Shown: positions 14,671 through 29,342 of the stretch, in pieces
How positions within the stretch are numbered: the stretch's first letter is position 1
How the letters are laid out: the number at the start of each line of letters is the position of its first letter
Assembly (NCBI GenBank): GCA_040954595.2
Contig: CM082581.2
Location: forward strand, 4,518,699 to 4,582,698
DNA length: 64,000 bases
Source: Balanoglossus misakiensis
Taxonomy: Eukaryota; Animalia; Hemichordata
Direction of reading: 5' to 3'
The notes under the pieces: generated by a model
The model's database searches: none
What the model saw: the letters and a program-made list of their open reading frames with translations, nothing else
What the model was told of the DNA's origin: nothing
Program-made: the position numbers and the translations under genes

Positions 14671-17600
14671 CTTTCGATGATGGACGGAATAAAATAATCT
14701 GTTATGTACGTGGTAAAAAAAGAGAAACTTAAGATCCTTTGCATGCCATTGTACAATGTTAGTATAAAACAGAGAAATTTGACAATGTGTGTCGTAGTAT
14801 GGCAAAGTAATATTAATTCCGAATAGAAACATTAACAATATTGACAAAGCTACCAGTTTCTTTGATTCAGAATCTTTGCGGACGATACAACTATATTAAG
14901 CATTCATTGTATTTTGAGTAGTGCATTACATGTAGCTATGTTATTTTTTTTCTTTTCTCGACTCTTCCAAATGTTCATTTCAATAAATAAAATGTTACGG
15001 CTTTAATCTAATATGTCCACTTTATTTTCATTATTAAATTAATAAAATTAACCAATCAACTAATAGATTATCCCACTACATAGATTCCGTTGCATATTAG
15101 TCATTTCAGGGGTTTTTATTATTATTCTGACGACTCATTAGTCATTGTCCAAACCCGGCGTTCTTGGGGCATGAAATAGGATTACTTCAGCAGAACTATT
15201 TCCATGGTCTTTTATGCATTGTATCATTATTATATTATATGACATCATGGTTAGATACATATACAGATGATATACAAACATAATGATGTATATGATAGAA
15301 GTTGAAGACAATGGGGAGCAAGCAAATTATGAATTTAGAGTATGATAATTTCATCAAAAGTGACGAAGCGCTGTTTAGTCACCAGATTTTGTACGAGATC
15401 GCCGACACTGGAAACACGAAAAAAGTTTATCTTAACATCATCATTACCGCCATACACGAGAAGAAATCATACCCTAAATCTAACCTTGACACTGTGTTCT
15501 TTGCGGAAGAAATGTCTCTCAGGTAAAGGGGATTTCAGAAAAGATGCTAAAGGAAGTCGAGTCTTGTGAATATAAGTAAAGATGCCTAATGAAGACAAGC
15601 GATATCAACGCCATTAATGCAACCTTGTGTCAAAAATGACCCACAGAATTGGCCAACTTATCCTGAGGAAATATCGACTATTTTATCACCTTTATCTCAA
15701 ATGCAGTACTCAGCGCCGATCGACCTGAGCAATGGAAATTTAGAAGCAGCCAAACACTGTGCATTTCACTTCTTTGAACTTTTACGCAAATGTAAAGTTG
15801 TGTAAGATAGGGACAGACTGTAGATATTTTTTATCGGGGGACGTCGATTTAAGTGGCAGATACGGAGTTGATTGCCCAAGTGACATTTGCTATCACACAT
15901 CCAAAGTAAGTTGAAGATTCTTGTCTGATAAATAGCCAAAGGCGTTGTTTGATTTTGATGTCACAGCCGCGTCTGCAAAAATGTGCAGTCTCGCCTTGGA
16001 TTGCGTAAAATCGATAGTACACATGTATTCATTTATCTGCATGCTTGCCTTAAATGCAACTAACCCATTTAGATTTGCAAAAAAACGGTTGCAAAATCTG
16101 TTTGCTGTCTGTCTGATATCGTCGGGATCTGTCAGTACACTACTGATGTTTCAACTCCCCGTTCAACGACGTATTAGTTCTATTATTACCGGATATTATC
16201 ATTAGGACTTCCATAAACGCAATTGTTGTCGAGATAAAACAAGAACTTTTACTTTGCAAAGTGCCTTGCCTATATGTGATGTGTGATGGTATCTGTTTAT
16301 TTATTTATTTTTTATGATAAATGTTACACTTTGTTGAACCATTGTGCTCGCACACCTAGATACATGCATAGAAAACGTCGCTTTGAAGGTCGATTCCTTT
16401 CTGTATTTCTATGTTGGCGTGATCATACGTCGTTGAATATGATATTTGCTTGGAAAAAGAGGGTTCCTTGTACATGTGTGGGCAACTCTGCTTAAATTTT
16501 CATGTGCAAACTATAGTGGTCAGTCAAAAGCACACCGTCCTGTTTCGTCTTGGTTTTCCAAACGATTCCTCACTCACTTTTATATATCAAATAATTGAAT
16601 GGTGTGGAGAACGATAATTATTTTTTTTTCTGACGATCCGTGGCGCGTAGTGACTAACAACATCCTTTGAATTCCCTTGGGCTGAAATGTGTTGGGCGGT
16701 GGCATGGCTGTGAGCTACAGACACCCGGTGTTTGCAAACTCCGATGCATCGAATTACAGATCATCGCCTTGAAATGTGGCACATTTCAACCCAGCCAATT
16801 ATCAGCGTTGCTTATTCCATGTAGATTCACACGTCTTTTAGGGTACTTACTTTGCAGGGATTTGCTCTAAGCATCAGGGGGATTTGACACGAGTGTGACG
16901 CACGAGATTCAATTGTCGGTGGTCTGAAGTGACGCGGTTAACGCCTGTATGATAACTGCGACGTACGTGTTCGCTGTTTCCTCCCCAAAGACGAACAAAC
17001 GTCACTTGACTGACGCATTTTTGTAGCAATTCGGGAGAGACGTCGACTGCTGCGTTATTGTGCTCGCTATATACCATGTCATTCGGTATTCTGTTAATAC
17101 TCACTCGAATTTCCCAACCATTGGACTTGGCAAATGAAACCCTAAATATATGACGAACTTCATTTCACATTTCAATTTATTACAACATTTCACTACTTAT
17201 ATTTATGTCGTTTATGTCAACTTCACGGTGCAGATAATGTCGCTGTGAAAATCTTGTGAGATTCTCGTGTATTTTATTCAAAATTCTAAAATGTCCTTTT
17301 TTTCGTAAATACCATTCCTTTTCCATAATCTTTGATTTGATAATTCGTTAACAATGAAAAAGACGCTGAAAGTCCATCTCCTACCTGTCCTTGAAAATGT
17401 GTGCAACAGCGTATGGAAAATTCCTGTTTTTAATAGCATTTTCTCGCATAGTTCTATATAGTGCAACCTAAAAACGGGTGTTAAGAAGTCCACCAAAGTT
17501 CAACAAAATCACTCTGGACATATTTTCTCAAAACTGCAGGTATCTCAGATTTTTTTCTGACTTTATATTCGAATTGTATATACATGTATCGCAATTTAAA

Positions 17601-18389
17601 CAAAGTAACGTATGACAAAAACAATCTGCAAAACATCAATGTCAGATTGTGAAAATAAAACTATTTTTCTTTAAAATTTAGGTCATTGATTCGCTGAAAG
17701 TATTCACAAGTTTCATTTCTCTTAAAATGTCCATCGGTTAGGTTATACTTCTTCAAATGTTTTTTTTATAAATCCTTCCTTTTAAGATTAAAAACAAACA
17801 CTTCCGGTATTAAAAATTGTGATGACTCGGGTATTCATAGAAAGCCTTGTCAAGACCTCAATTAAAGTAAAATACTTCACTTTTATATGTTTCAATGATA
17901 CAAGATCAAATGTCTCCGTTGATGGTATAATAAAATTGCATTTATCATCAGCAATACTATTAACTCAGGTATGTCGTGCGAAAAAGAAATTGGTGATACA
18001 AATATTCAGGCCGTTGAGTGGTAAGAACAAACAAGATTTTGAGTGTTTGGTAAACGTGCCGAGAAAGTGTTTTTCTAGTCATTTAAAGGTCTCATTAATA
18101 AGTCGCCTTCAATTTAATAGATTAATGTTTCCTTTCTGGCAAGTATGGCATTACTCGTGGTATATTTTTTGCGAAATCGTGGTCATGAACCATTGAAGAG
18201 GTCGAATCGATAAACGTTAATTTTACAAAAGAGCTCTTTTTAACATTTAATGGGCCGATTAAGTATGTCTCGATATTTACACGTGAGAAGGAGACGTTCG
18301 GTGCCCAGGCGGACCCTATAGGCGTACATAGAATAGTCACATGTACAATGCAGTTTTGTCACGTTTTTGCACATTGCGGTCCTTCTCCC

Positions 18390-19205
18390 CCTGACAACAT
18401 ATCGAGGCGTCAAGACTATTTTCGCCATGTGTAAATTATCAGATATGCACTGAAACTGGGACTTGTCTTCAACGTCATACCATTACCAGTGAACAATAGG
18501 GGGGAAGGCGAATTGTACACAGGAGCGACACATTTTGTTTTATACCGTACCGTTATTAATATTTGAATTCCCTTTAAAGTAGAAAACTCTTCAAAAAAGA
18601 ATAAGTGCTGTGATAATTCCCGAAAGTATTTTTACTGGGAAAGCCACCTAGTTTATTATTCATAAGTAGTATATGACGTCCTAAAATCTTGATTCAGTGA
18701 CTGGTGTCTGAGCTGACACACCCCCTTGATTCTATTCATCCTACAGCTGAGTCAGAACTTGGACCGATGACTGATTTACTGTCACAGGCACTGGGTCAGT
18801 ACTAGGTCATCAGAGATTAGTTCAATCAACTCTCTCGGAAACGTTGATAAGCTTTAAATGCATTGCGGTGAAACGCAATCCAATAAATTAATATTGTGTA
18901 TCGATATCAAATAAATGTCTACTGGCTAGAGTTGATTTGCCTTCTGATGACCTTAGACCTTCGCCCCATGAGAAAATACCGGGCGTCAAGGCAGTTCTAG
19001 CCATGCGTTAATTACCAATGCACTGAAACTGTGAACTTAAAAAGGGTGGCGAATTGTACACAGAGATAAGTTTAATCAACTATCTCAGAAACGTTGATAA
19101 ACTTTAATTGCATTGCGGTGAAATGCGATTCAATAAATTAATATTTTGATGTATGGATATCAATAAATGTCTACTAATACTGACTAGAGTTGATGTACCT
19201 TCTGA
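18390..19205 (+). repeat. Local imperfect direct duplication (18390-18950 vs 18960-19205)
   Basis: Shared blocks GGCGTCAAG, TGCACTGAAACT, GGCGAATTGTACACAG and a ~130-bp block AATCAACT..GAAACGTTGATAA..TGCATTGCGGTGAAA..CAATAAATTAATATT..CTAGAGTTGAT..CCTTCTGA. The first copy carries a ~290-bp extra segment. Confidence 0.75.
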
Positions 19206-20557
19206 AATATCAGTGTTCATATTACGAACATAATCGGCATTCAAAGCAGGATTAATATATTGTGTCGCGAGAGGGCGTAGTTCTAAATCTAGACACAAGC
19301 GAGAAGAGACATCATGGTTAGAATCATAGACAGTATATGTTAGAATCAATGTTTGATATAAACAGTTTAGTTAATGAAGGTTTCTAATTGTAAAGTTGTA
19401 CATGCATTAATGTTATCGCTTCATAGAAGAGCTGATCAGTGGTGATGATAGCATAGTCGTCCCGATGCAAACTCTACAATGGAACTATCAGTGATGACAG
19501 AGTAGCATAAATATAATTTCATCTTTTTTTGCCGACGAGTAAAGATACAAAAGTGTGTGACAAATGAACATAGATGGCGCACTTATTTTTTACTTGAGTC
19601 ACAGGCTTCTGAAAAGATGCTTAGTATTTTATTCTTGTAGGGTGGATAAAAACGACAAATCAGTAGCTTAGTCGATCTCCCGATTTCGCGTCATACGAGC
19701 GCTCACGCTACGTTCGGGCCTATACCCCACTTACTGTAGGGCCTACACATAAAGAGATTACAGGTAAAGGTAGGAAAGCCCTCACTGGTCACGTTTCTGA
19801 AAACAACAAAATAAAGTGGTCGTTGGCATGTCCAGAGCCTCAAACTTCACACCAAGCATGCGCAATGCTCACAAAATCGATCAAAGCCGTCCTTTAACCT
19901 CGACCCCCAAAATGCGGAAAAAAATCGCAAATTCAGTTGTATGGCCCTTTCACAGTAAACTCATTTCGCAGAACATTGGACAGATTTGAGCGTTTGTATC
20001 ATGGGTATGCATTATAATACATGTGTACTAGTAATATACATGTACTTCAAATATAAAAAATGTGTCGCATAGTATACCGTCATGTTGGCCTATATTTTTG
20101 TCTGTGCGTTGTTCACTGTCCGAAACACGTGACCACTCTCGGATTAAAATTAGCAGCAGAGTTACACGGGGCTTCTGGCATCAGACATTCGCCCGGTCTA
20201 CCACATTCAAATCCAGAAGAACAAGAACGGCGAAGATTCCGCGACCAAGCGACAAGTTGAGCCAGGCTACGCAAAGGCTACTAGTAGCAAACACTATCGG
20301 GTATCTATACTCATGTACTTACTTGGCAAGAAAACAGAAGCTTTGCTTTATCTAATATCAGAGTATAAATGTTTAGTCGTTCTTTGGATACCATGACAAT
20401 CTCTATCCAGGTCAAGTAGGTTAAGTACGGGGAAGTGTTTGAGATAACGATGGTGGTGACCAACACGATTTCCTCACTCATGTTCACACATGCGCAGTGG
20501 AATCGGGGTACCTGTCAACGATCACATACACTCGCGGCGTGCGCTCCTTTCATCACA

Positions 20558-22733
20558 ATGTCGATAGTGACCGCTGCAGTTTTTACCTTGCTGTTCTTCG
20601 ACCATCTCGGTAAGTATTGCGTCGATTTAGTGGGCAAGTTTGATTTAGCATAGTGCAAAACAAATAGAACGCTCAAGTCAAAATCTACATACGTAAGTAA
20701 AGAGGCATGGTTGATGGTATCTGAAAACACGTATATAATGTATATCTACAAGTGTTTCCTGATATAACTTCCTATCTCTCCAATAGTGTGCATCACGTTC
20801 TTCCCTAACTAAGTTCCATGCTGAACGCACACTTATTTTATTGCGCTTATGCAATAGCAAAAAAGTAACTGTACATTGATTCTTTTCTTGATCTCTCGCG
20901 ACTCTCTTTATTCTCTTTCCGGCAATCAAATATTATCTTCACTTTTGTATTGTATTGGTTTTACATATATGATGATAAAAAATGGAACAGCACCAATGAT
21001 ATTAGACAGATTTAAATGCACTTCTAATCGTATGAGAGATAATTTTTCATTTGTAAATGTGCGTCTGTGTGCATTACGCACTACACTATGACGTTTGTAC
21101 ATGTAAGTTCCATTTCCGGCTAAGTCTATATCACTTTGTACATGTACGTCATTCTGTCTGTGCGCAACGGAACCTATTTCCCAGCTTCAGATTAAAGATA
21201 TATGGTCACCTCCAATCTGCATACGTAAATGGCAAAAATAGCGTATCTGGGTGTTCTAAAGAACATATAGTGGCGCTCTGTTTTTCGCGTGTGCCACCCA
21301 CTGAAAATCTGTCATTGGCTAAATCTCAATTTGCCATGGTAACTGTTGCTAAAATTGTATAAGTGACCGTATACATTTTGGTTAATTTCCCCTCCACATG
21401 CGCGCGTATTCGTCTGTATATCGTGTATTTTTCCTATTTCCTATTACCTTGTCATGTCTGGGCCTTAAGTTTGTTTCCCCTTGCTATTAAGGATCCACAC
21501 CTAACAACATTCAACATTACAGAAATTTGTCCACGCTAACAAAATATCTACCGGACAATGACAAAGTTTACTGTTGTTACAACCCGGTATGAGGAAACAA
21601 TCAGCCGTGCATGTTCAGCTCAGTTTGAAACATATAAATTACTAATCTAGAATGAAGTAGGTGTCTCGGGTGTAGAAAATTCTCAATATTCTACAAAGTT
21701 GAGTACTATTTGTAAAGTTTCAGTTCCGTAAATTTGCGTTATTAAAACGCAAAACGGTGTTTACTTCCCCAATCTTATAATTCAGTTATAAAGATTTTCA
21801 TGATACACTAATACGCTAAAATACAATTAAACCGCATTGACCAACTTAAAAAATGTATGGTATCAAACATTGCTTTTTCTCGCGAGCCAAACCTTTACCA
21901 CGGCCTCTTCTGGTAACTCAGTAGCTGTTACCGTAAAGAGGCACGGGTTTTACGACAATGACATTTCTCATATACCCGGTTGCATTTGAATGATCATCGT
22001 GAACAAAGGTTACGCGACAATTTCATTATCATCGCAAGCCTTGGCAAGTAAAAGGGAAAAAATAAAGTCCTTCAAATATGAACGTTTTGCAGGAAGGAAA
22101 ATAATGCAGCTTTAAAGTATAAATAAAATGCATGGAATACTAATACAAGAAATTTACAATTGAACATCAAAAACTAAATCCTGATCACGTAGATCCAGCT
22201 CTGAATCACCTGCGCTGAACCTTCGACATGATGTTGAGGTGGTAAATGCATGGCACCACAGCCATTCGGTCGTAAAATCTATTTGGACCTCCTGTCACAA
22301 ATGGTCGACTCTTTCATTATGTTACAGCCAGGGCTAACCCAGCGAACAGGACGGAGTCCATCGCTTTCGACGTCATTGTACAGGAGGTGAGTTGTGTAAT
22401 GGTCTAAAGCTAATAGACCATTTTCCAAACTCCACGTGAGACCCTGAGAGATTTCGCGGGTCTAGCCATTTTTTTTTCGTGAGCACGCATACCAACGCAC
22501 GCTCAACCATGACAACGTGGGCCAATGTCTTTTGACTAGTTGACCGTCTTTTCAAGTATTTGAAATGTACAGAATTGCATAAAGACACTGACATAGTATG
22601 ATTTGTTCCACTAGAACGTGCCTATCGGATACGAAGTCTATTCATTCAGACCAGGAAGTAGCGTGAAAATTTACGATGGAAATCAGGTAAGCCTAGAGGG
22701 TGGGTGGCAAACAGCCCTAGCAGCAATCGTCGT

Positions 22734-22772
<39 letters not shown>

Positions 22773-25700
22773 GGTAACGTCGTATTCCATTATCTGTTGA
22801 CATCCTACAGCCAAACTTGTCAACATCTGCTATAGATGGCTTAATAGTAAATTGCTTTGATAATCATACCCATGTCACTTGCTTCGTTGAAGTTTGTTAT
22901 GGCATGATGTGTGTGATGTCGTCAGTTTTCGGTATTCGCAGGAAAACCGTTTTGAAATCAAGGAGGAGACGCTATCAGTACTGCATTATTTGGATTATGG
23001 AGTAACCAGTCATTATGAACTACTGTTAAACCTGACTGAGGTAGGCATGTGAAAAATTGCACTTTATCGTTGGAGAGGAATTACGCTTCACAGTATAGGT
23101 CAATAAAATCGGATTGAAATAAGATGTAGAGATGTGCTCGGTCTTTTTCTCGTCACTCAATCTTTGGTGTTTACTTCAGTCCGTTGTTTTCTCAAAGAAA
23201 GCACACGACAAAGCAGTTAGGAAACTATCCTTCTTTACGCATCGTTTTAATTAGTTTGGAGTCAACAATGTAGCAATACACACTGGAGGTGAAGTGGTGG
23301 TGGTGGTGGTGGTGTTCGGCGGCGGCGGTGGTGGTGGTGGTAAAGTGGTTGGGTAGTGGTGGTGGCGTGATTTAAACTTGCGACTTACTAGTTGCGTGAA
23401 ACACTGAATCGTGTTTCTCTTTGCTGTTGTTATCAGGGAGAAGAGAAAGAAGACACCACAATGACAATTATAATAGAAGATATCGTCGGCTGGCCTCCAA
23501 TCTATAATGAATCATGCGCAATAAAGAAAACTCGAGAACCAAGTGACTATGTAAGTTTCAGGGCATATACATGTAACTGCGGAAGACCGAATGGATAAGC
23601 CAGTGATCATAAATCATGCAATTTTCGTTTATGTTCTCTAAAATAAAAACACACGTAACACAAGCAGGAAATAAAACAGACACACCTTTTTGGAGGGTTG
23701 TGGGTTAACTTACATCAAAGACACGCAAAAAACTATACAATCAACATTGTCACGCTCAAACAGTTAACGCATGCGCACACTTTTAATTACAATTTGCAGA
23801 TCATGTGTATTTAAAGAAGTGGCAAGAAAATGTTTTAAACGTGTCTTGCAGATTTTTGATTTCAAGTCCGTTTTACCCCAGGCCGCTAAGGGACATGAAA
23901 GTTACATCTTTTCTCCAATGCTAACTCACGATTGTGAAAAGAAATTTGACGATAACTGAATTTCTCTCAATATTTGTGCTTAACTGCCAGGCCAGCCTCT
24001 ATTCTCCTTTGGATTTGATTTCAAATAAAATTCACTATAAGGCATGTCACCGCATTTACGTATACTACCCGCGTTACCTGTTGCAGCCCGCCCCCGTACG
24101 TTTGTGGTTGCACATGGGAGACACGGAAACCCCGGTAGAAAACTTGTTACCCGCTCAAGCATTTTACGAGGATCGAATGCACGTCGACGTCAACAATAGC
24201 GAATGTAAGAAATAATTTGGTGAAAACTAGACTGTGTACGGTGGGTAAAATATCTGAATTAATACCTCCATGCTTACCAGCATGCATGTGGCAGGACATG
24301 TGTAGTTGCGTCTGTAGTGTAAGCTAGCAAGCAAACAAACAAACCACGGGCGAGGACTGTCTGCAGTTTAGTTGAAACTATTGTTTCGTCGTGTTTGGCG
24401 AGGGAGGGGTATAACTACGTGCATGGAAAACAGAATACGAAATACCCAGCAGAGTTGATCATCGACAAATAATTAATTGTGTACATGGATGTACATATAC
24501 TTCTTACAAGGCAAGTGTGTCAGCACCAAAATCCATGAAAACGTCTCGTGATATCAGAAAATATCACGGCTATTTACTGTAATTTCATGAGATTTGTATG
24601 TTTATTAAATCAGGTAGGCTAACACTATATATGCCGATTAAACGCAAGTATACTGACGAAGACATCAACGATAGGAATGCCGGTTGCGTTGACGACAAAG
24701 GATACCAGATGTTAAATAGTCCGCATTCTATTGAATTATTCGAGGTACGTCAATAATACCAAACAGTATACATTTCGGAATGTCGCACTTAGACACCCAT
24801 GCTTTCATTCAGTTCTGTCCGTGTCTAAGGTATTGTACTTCAGGGACCATTGTGAAACGTCTCAAGTCAAATGCTGGCCGAAACGTCTAGATTTGAGGCG
24901 GCTTTGTCGGCCAGACCAGAGCCGGTATAAGGATTACTAGTAACACCTCTCCACATCCCATTGTCTATGGGGCCGAGCCTCAGCGCTTATACATAAACTT
25001 TGCGTGTGCATAGAAAGTAGAACAGGCGACTCAAAGGATTAAAGGTATACGGTCACCTATACAAATTTAGCCACAGTTACCATGGTAAATCGAGATCTAA
25101 CCAATCACAGATTTTCAGTGGGTGGCACACGCGAAAATAAAGTGTTCTTTAGAACACTCAAATACGCCATTTCAACTATATATGGCGATATGTAAATTGG
25201 AGGTGACCGTATACCTTTAATTGGTGCTCTGTGATCACCATAGGCAAATAGTGAATCGAATTATACCATGTGTGAACCTGACAATAGACTAAATAATTAC
25301 TTGCCTTCTAAGACAAACATGTTTGAGGCAAAGATAAAATAGTAACATGCGGCGGTAAAGGAAATGGGGGGGGGGGGGGGGGTTTGAACATGAATGTTGC
25401 GCGGACGACACTAATAATTATCACAAATTGGTGATTTTACAACCAGTAGAGCTTGTTCTTTTTCAACAGAGGACGGACGAATATCCTCCAAATAGTTTGA
25501 TTCCTCTCCATCGGATACAAGGTCGTTGGAAATTGTGTGTAATTAGTATCGTTCTGTCGCTGGACATGGCTGGAAAAACGTGGCATTGTCATTTCACATA
25601 CACAAGGACGATTCAATATGCGTTTCGCAAAGCAGCGATAAGTGGACATTTCGAAATACTCGGTAAGACCATCTTAAACTGTTATATCTGCACTTAATAC

Positions 25701-27388
25701 GGCGTTTTAATTTAATGGTGCTATATAAAAATTATGTGCTGTTCCGATTACCCGAACTACCCTAATTTTAGCCCGCCGACCCTGAACATTTTAGAGCTTC
25801 GTAAACCGGAAGTAAGAATAACGATGTCAAATATACAAAATTTAAGAAAAATGCGAAAATCACGCAAGAACTATTACGTCATTCTCCTACACTACGGCGG
25901 CCAAAGATACAAAAAAGTGCAAAATAAAAAAATCCTTACCTATACCTACCCTAATTTTGACTGAAAACCATGTAATCGGAACAGCACATTATATTTTTTA
26001 GCCTAATTCTCAAGAAAATCTCGCTTTGTTATGCGACAGTGGCAGTTTACCCGAACTTAGGAAGCTTTCTGTTATTGATGATGACGGCCGAAGGAATGTG
26101 AAATTTGGGGTTGGCCATTCCACAACTCTGTCACATTGAAGGCATACTCAAATGTCCATAGTGGCAAATTTGATGGCCGGAATATCTTTAAAATATGACC
26201 CTTCGACTGCACTCTTATTCACAAACTAGGGTGTCCTGTTGGTAAATACGGTCCCCTATGCGCATACGACTGTATGTGTCGGAATGGAGCAACCTGTCAC
26301 GTCATGAACGGAGCGTGTAAATGTATGCCTGGTTGGCGGGGAGTTGCCTGTGACGTAGGTAAGTGTCGTCTGTGTTGACATATACTCTGAATTAAACGCA
26401 TGGAACCAACGAATGAACCATTTTGGAGGGTGACTCTGCTTCCTTTTATTAAAAACGCTTTACTGGAGAACACACTGAGGGAAGAATTTGACAATTCATC
26501 GCTTGAATCATGTGATAACATCCATTAAAACTATCATTTTAGATTCCCTACGGGCTCTGGATTCCTTTGATTAGACCCGCATAGTTGAACACTCCGTGCA
26601 ATTATGAAAAGTTTTATTTTTGCTGTTCCGGGTGGTTAGCCTACAAAATTACTTTTTGCGCTCTTCTTCGATTCTCAGCATATCCAAGCATAGTTTTTGA
26701 CCCCATCGAAGCCGATTTGGTTTACGATCAAGAATTTCAACTCAGATGCACCTTTCACAATGTGCACTTGTCGTCTATTGCAAATGCAACGTTGCTTCAT
26801 AATGGTGACGTCATTCCGAAATCGGCAGACGTCGATCGAATACAGATTTCTGAAGGAAGGTAGGTCCGTCAATTCAAGTCACACAGACAATCTCTACTTC
26901 TCAGTATTTCACTGAAAAATAAATCGTTAACCTACATACATCGCTTTCGCGGTGCAAGAGAACTTATGACAGCGTACATGTATGTCTACCAGCAAGTTGG
27001 GCTTGGTCAGATGTCTGAAATCTGCTCCGTGTGGATTTCTGACGTGTCCAGGTCTCGATCCATCCTCATCTATGGGATTTTGTCTGTTTTCAGATCAAGT
27101 ACATGTGCTCCCATTACATGCATTAGGGGTCATTTCTATTTGAAGTGAATAATATTTACGGTCCTAAACTGTCTCTGTTTCGGGGGTGCCTTTTCCCCAC
27201 AGAGTTACACAGGCACGTGAATCTAGGTACATACATGTATGATATGAGTGTTTATGTCTTTTCAAGGAACGGTCTATTCTTGAATATTACCAGCACACGA
27301 GATCGTGACTCGGGCATCTACCTGTGCAGAGTTGAATTAGGAAATGGCAACGTTTTATCTGCCGAGACAAGTCTCAACGTAACTGGTA

Positions 27389-27426
<38 letters not shown>

Positions 27427-29196
27427 GGTGCGAACTTATGATGCCGAAAATTGATGCCTAAAGTTACGGTTAAAATTGCAGATAATACGACTCACGAGAG
27501 AAATGTGACGTCATCTTCGTAATCTCGAAAGCGTGCATGCACCATGATGTCGTGGAAACCTTTGAGCGTACAATTTCTACGTATCCCACACTGCATTGCT
27601 GTGGTAATTTTAAACGATGTCTAGACATAAGCGACCTTTCAGATCTTCCAATCAGTTTACCGAAATGTGTGTGACAGTTTGACGAAATATAGTGCAATCA
27701 TGTAGCCTACATGAATGTAGAGAGGGGGAGAGACAGAGAGAGAAGGAGAGAGAATTACACTTTCTCGTAGAATACGATTACAAACGCAGCTAAACGCCAA
27801 TTAGAAGTAACTAAAATGTGCCACGTTATCTATCTCCAGGTTGTAAGACCAACTTTTGGGGAGAATTCTGCAACAACTCTTGCGACTGCCATGGTGACAA
27901 TTCAAACGGCTGTGATCGATGGTTGGGTTGTCTGTGTAGTGAAGGCTGGGATGGAAGACATTGTGACATAGGTAAGGGGTGTACATCTCAGGGGCATGTC
28001 GTCTTGTCTGGACCTTCGAGCGTGCGAGCGTGGATGCAGCTTCGCGTACAGGTGTGGATGAAAGCGAGTGCATGCAGTAAACGATCGCGCTGGCGAATAG
28101 AAGTACTGTGAATGTGTGGGGCTCGCTATCATGTTGTATAATAATACCAAGCACAGGCGCTTGTATAGATGCTATTTCAGTTATTTGCTCGTTTACGTTT
28201 TGCTGTATGCATGTAACCCGGCCTATTTATGCGTAACACAGACACCGAGGCCCCAGTCTTTTCTTTGTGTCCGAGTAATATAACTGCGGCTGCGAGAGGG
28301 AACGACAATCGTGTACCCGTGTCCTGGATACAGCCCCAAGCAACCGACAATTCTGGCTTCGTTAATCTCACGGCGAACTACCAACCTGAACAGCTATTTG
28401 ACATCGGTTTACATCACGTGATCTACACGGCCAGTGATCGCCAAGGCAACGCCTCCACCTGCGAGTTCTACGTGGACGTTGCTGGCGTTCAGCTGCAAGG
28501 GGTGAATGCCGTGCCGTTGGTGGCGATCGTCACAGTTAGCGTAACTGTCTCCGTCGCCACCGCGTCCGCCGTTGCCGTGTGGTGTCATCGCCGGAGACGA
28601 CGAGGAATAACTAATTTGATGGGCAAGGCCAACACTGACGGTAAGACAAGAGATATCTTCAGGACCAGATCTTCTATGTCATTGGAATCAGTACTACATG
28701 TGATACAAACTAAAAGCATGGTCCCATTTACAGTTTCCTCCCGCCAGTTTCAAAACAGATCAGAAAGAGCGGTCCGTCCGATATGAACTAGGCCGTTATA
28801 CAATCACGCACTCCCTCCCCCTCCCTCCCTCCCCCTCTCTGACTCTCTCTCTCTCTCCCTCCCTCCCCCCTCCCTCCCCCTCCCCTCCCTCCCCCCTCTC
28901 TCTCGCTCTCTCTCTCTCCCTCACTCCATCTTTTCTGTTCCCTTTCTGCAGTTGACAAGAAGTGGGATGCGTTTGTGTCGGTGAAAGGAGACACGGACGA
29001 CGAAGACTTTGTGTACAAGGAGTTGTTTCCGTATCTTGAAAAGAGGTGTAACTATAAATTGAATCTCCACCTCCGAGATTTCATCCCTGGAGAAGGTAAC
29101 CGTACCAAACAAAACATTGTTAGTTAGCTAGACCGGATTTTCTCACAATTCAGTATTTCGTCACCGTAGAATGTCTATTTTAGCAAAAAATAACGT

Positions 29197-29242
<46 letters not shown>

Positions 29243-29248
29243 ATTTAT

Positions 29249-29342
<94 letters not shown>

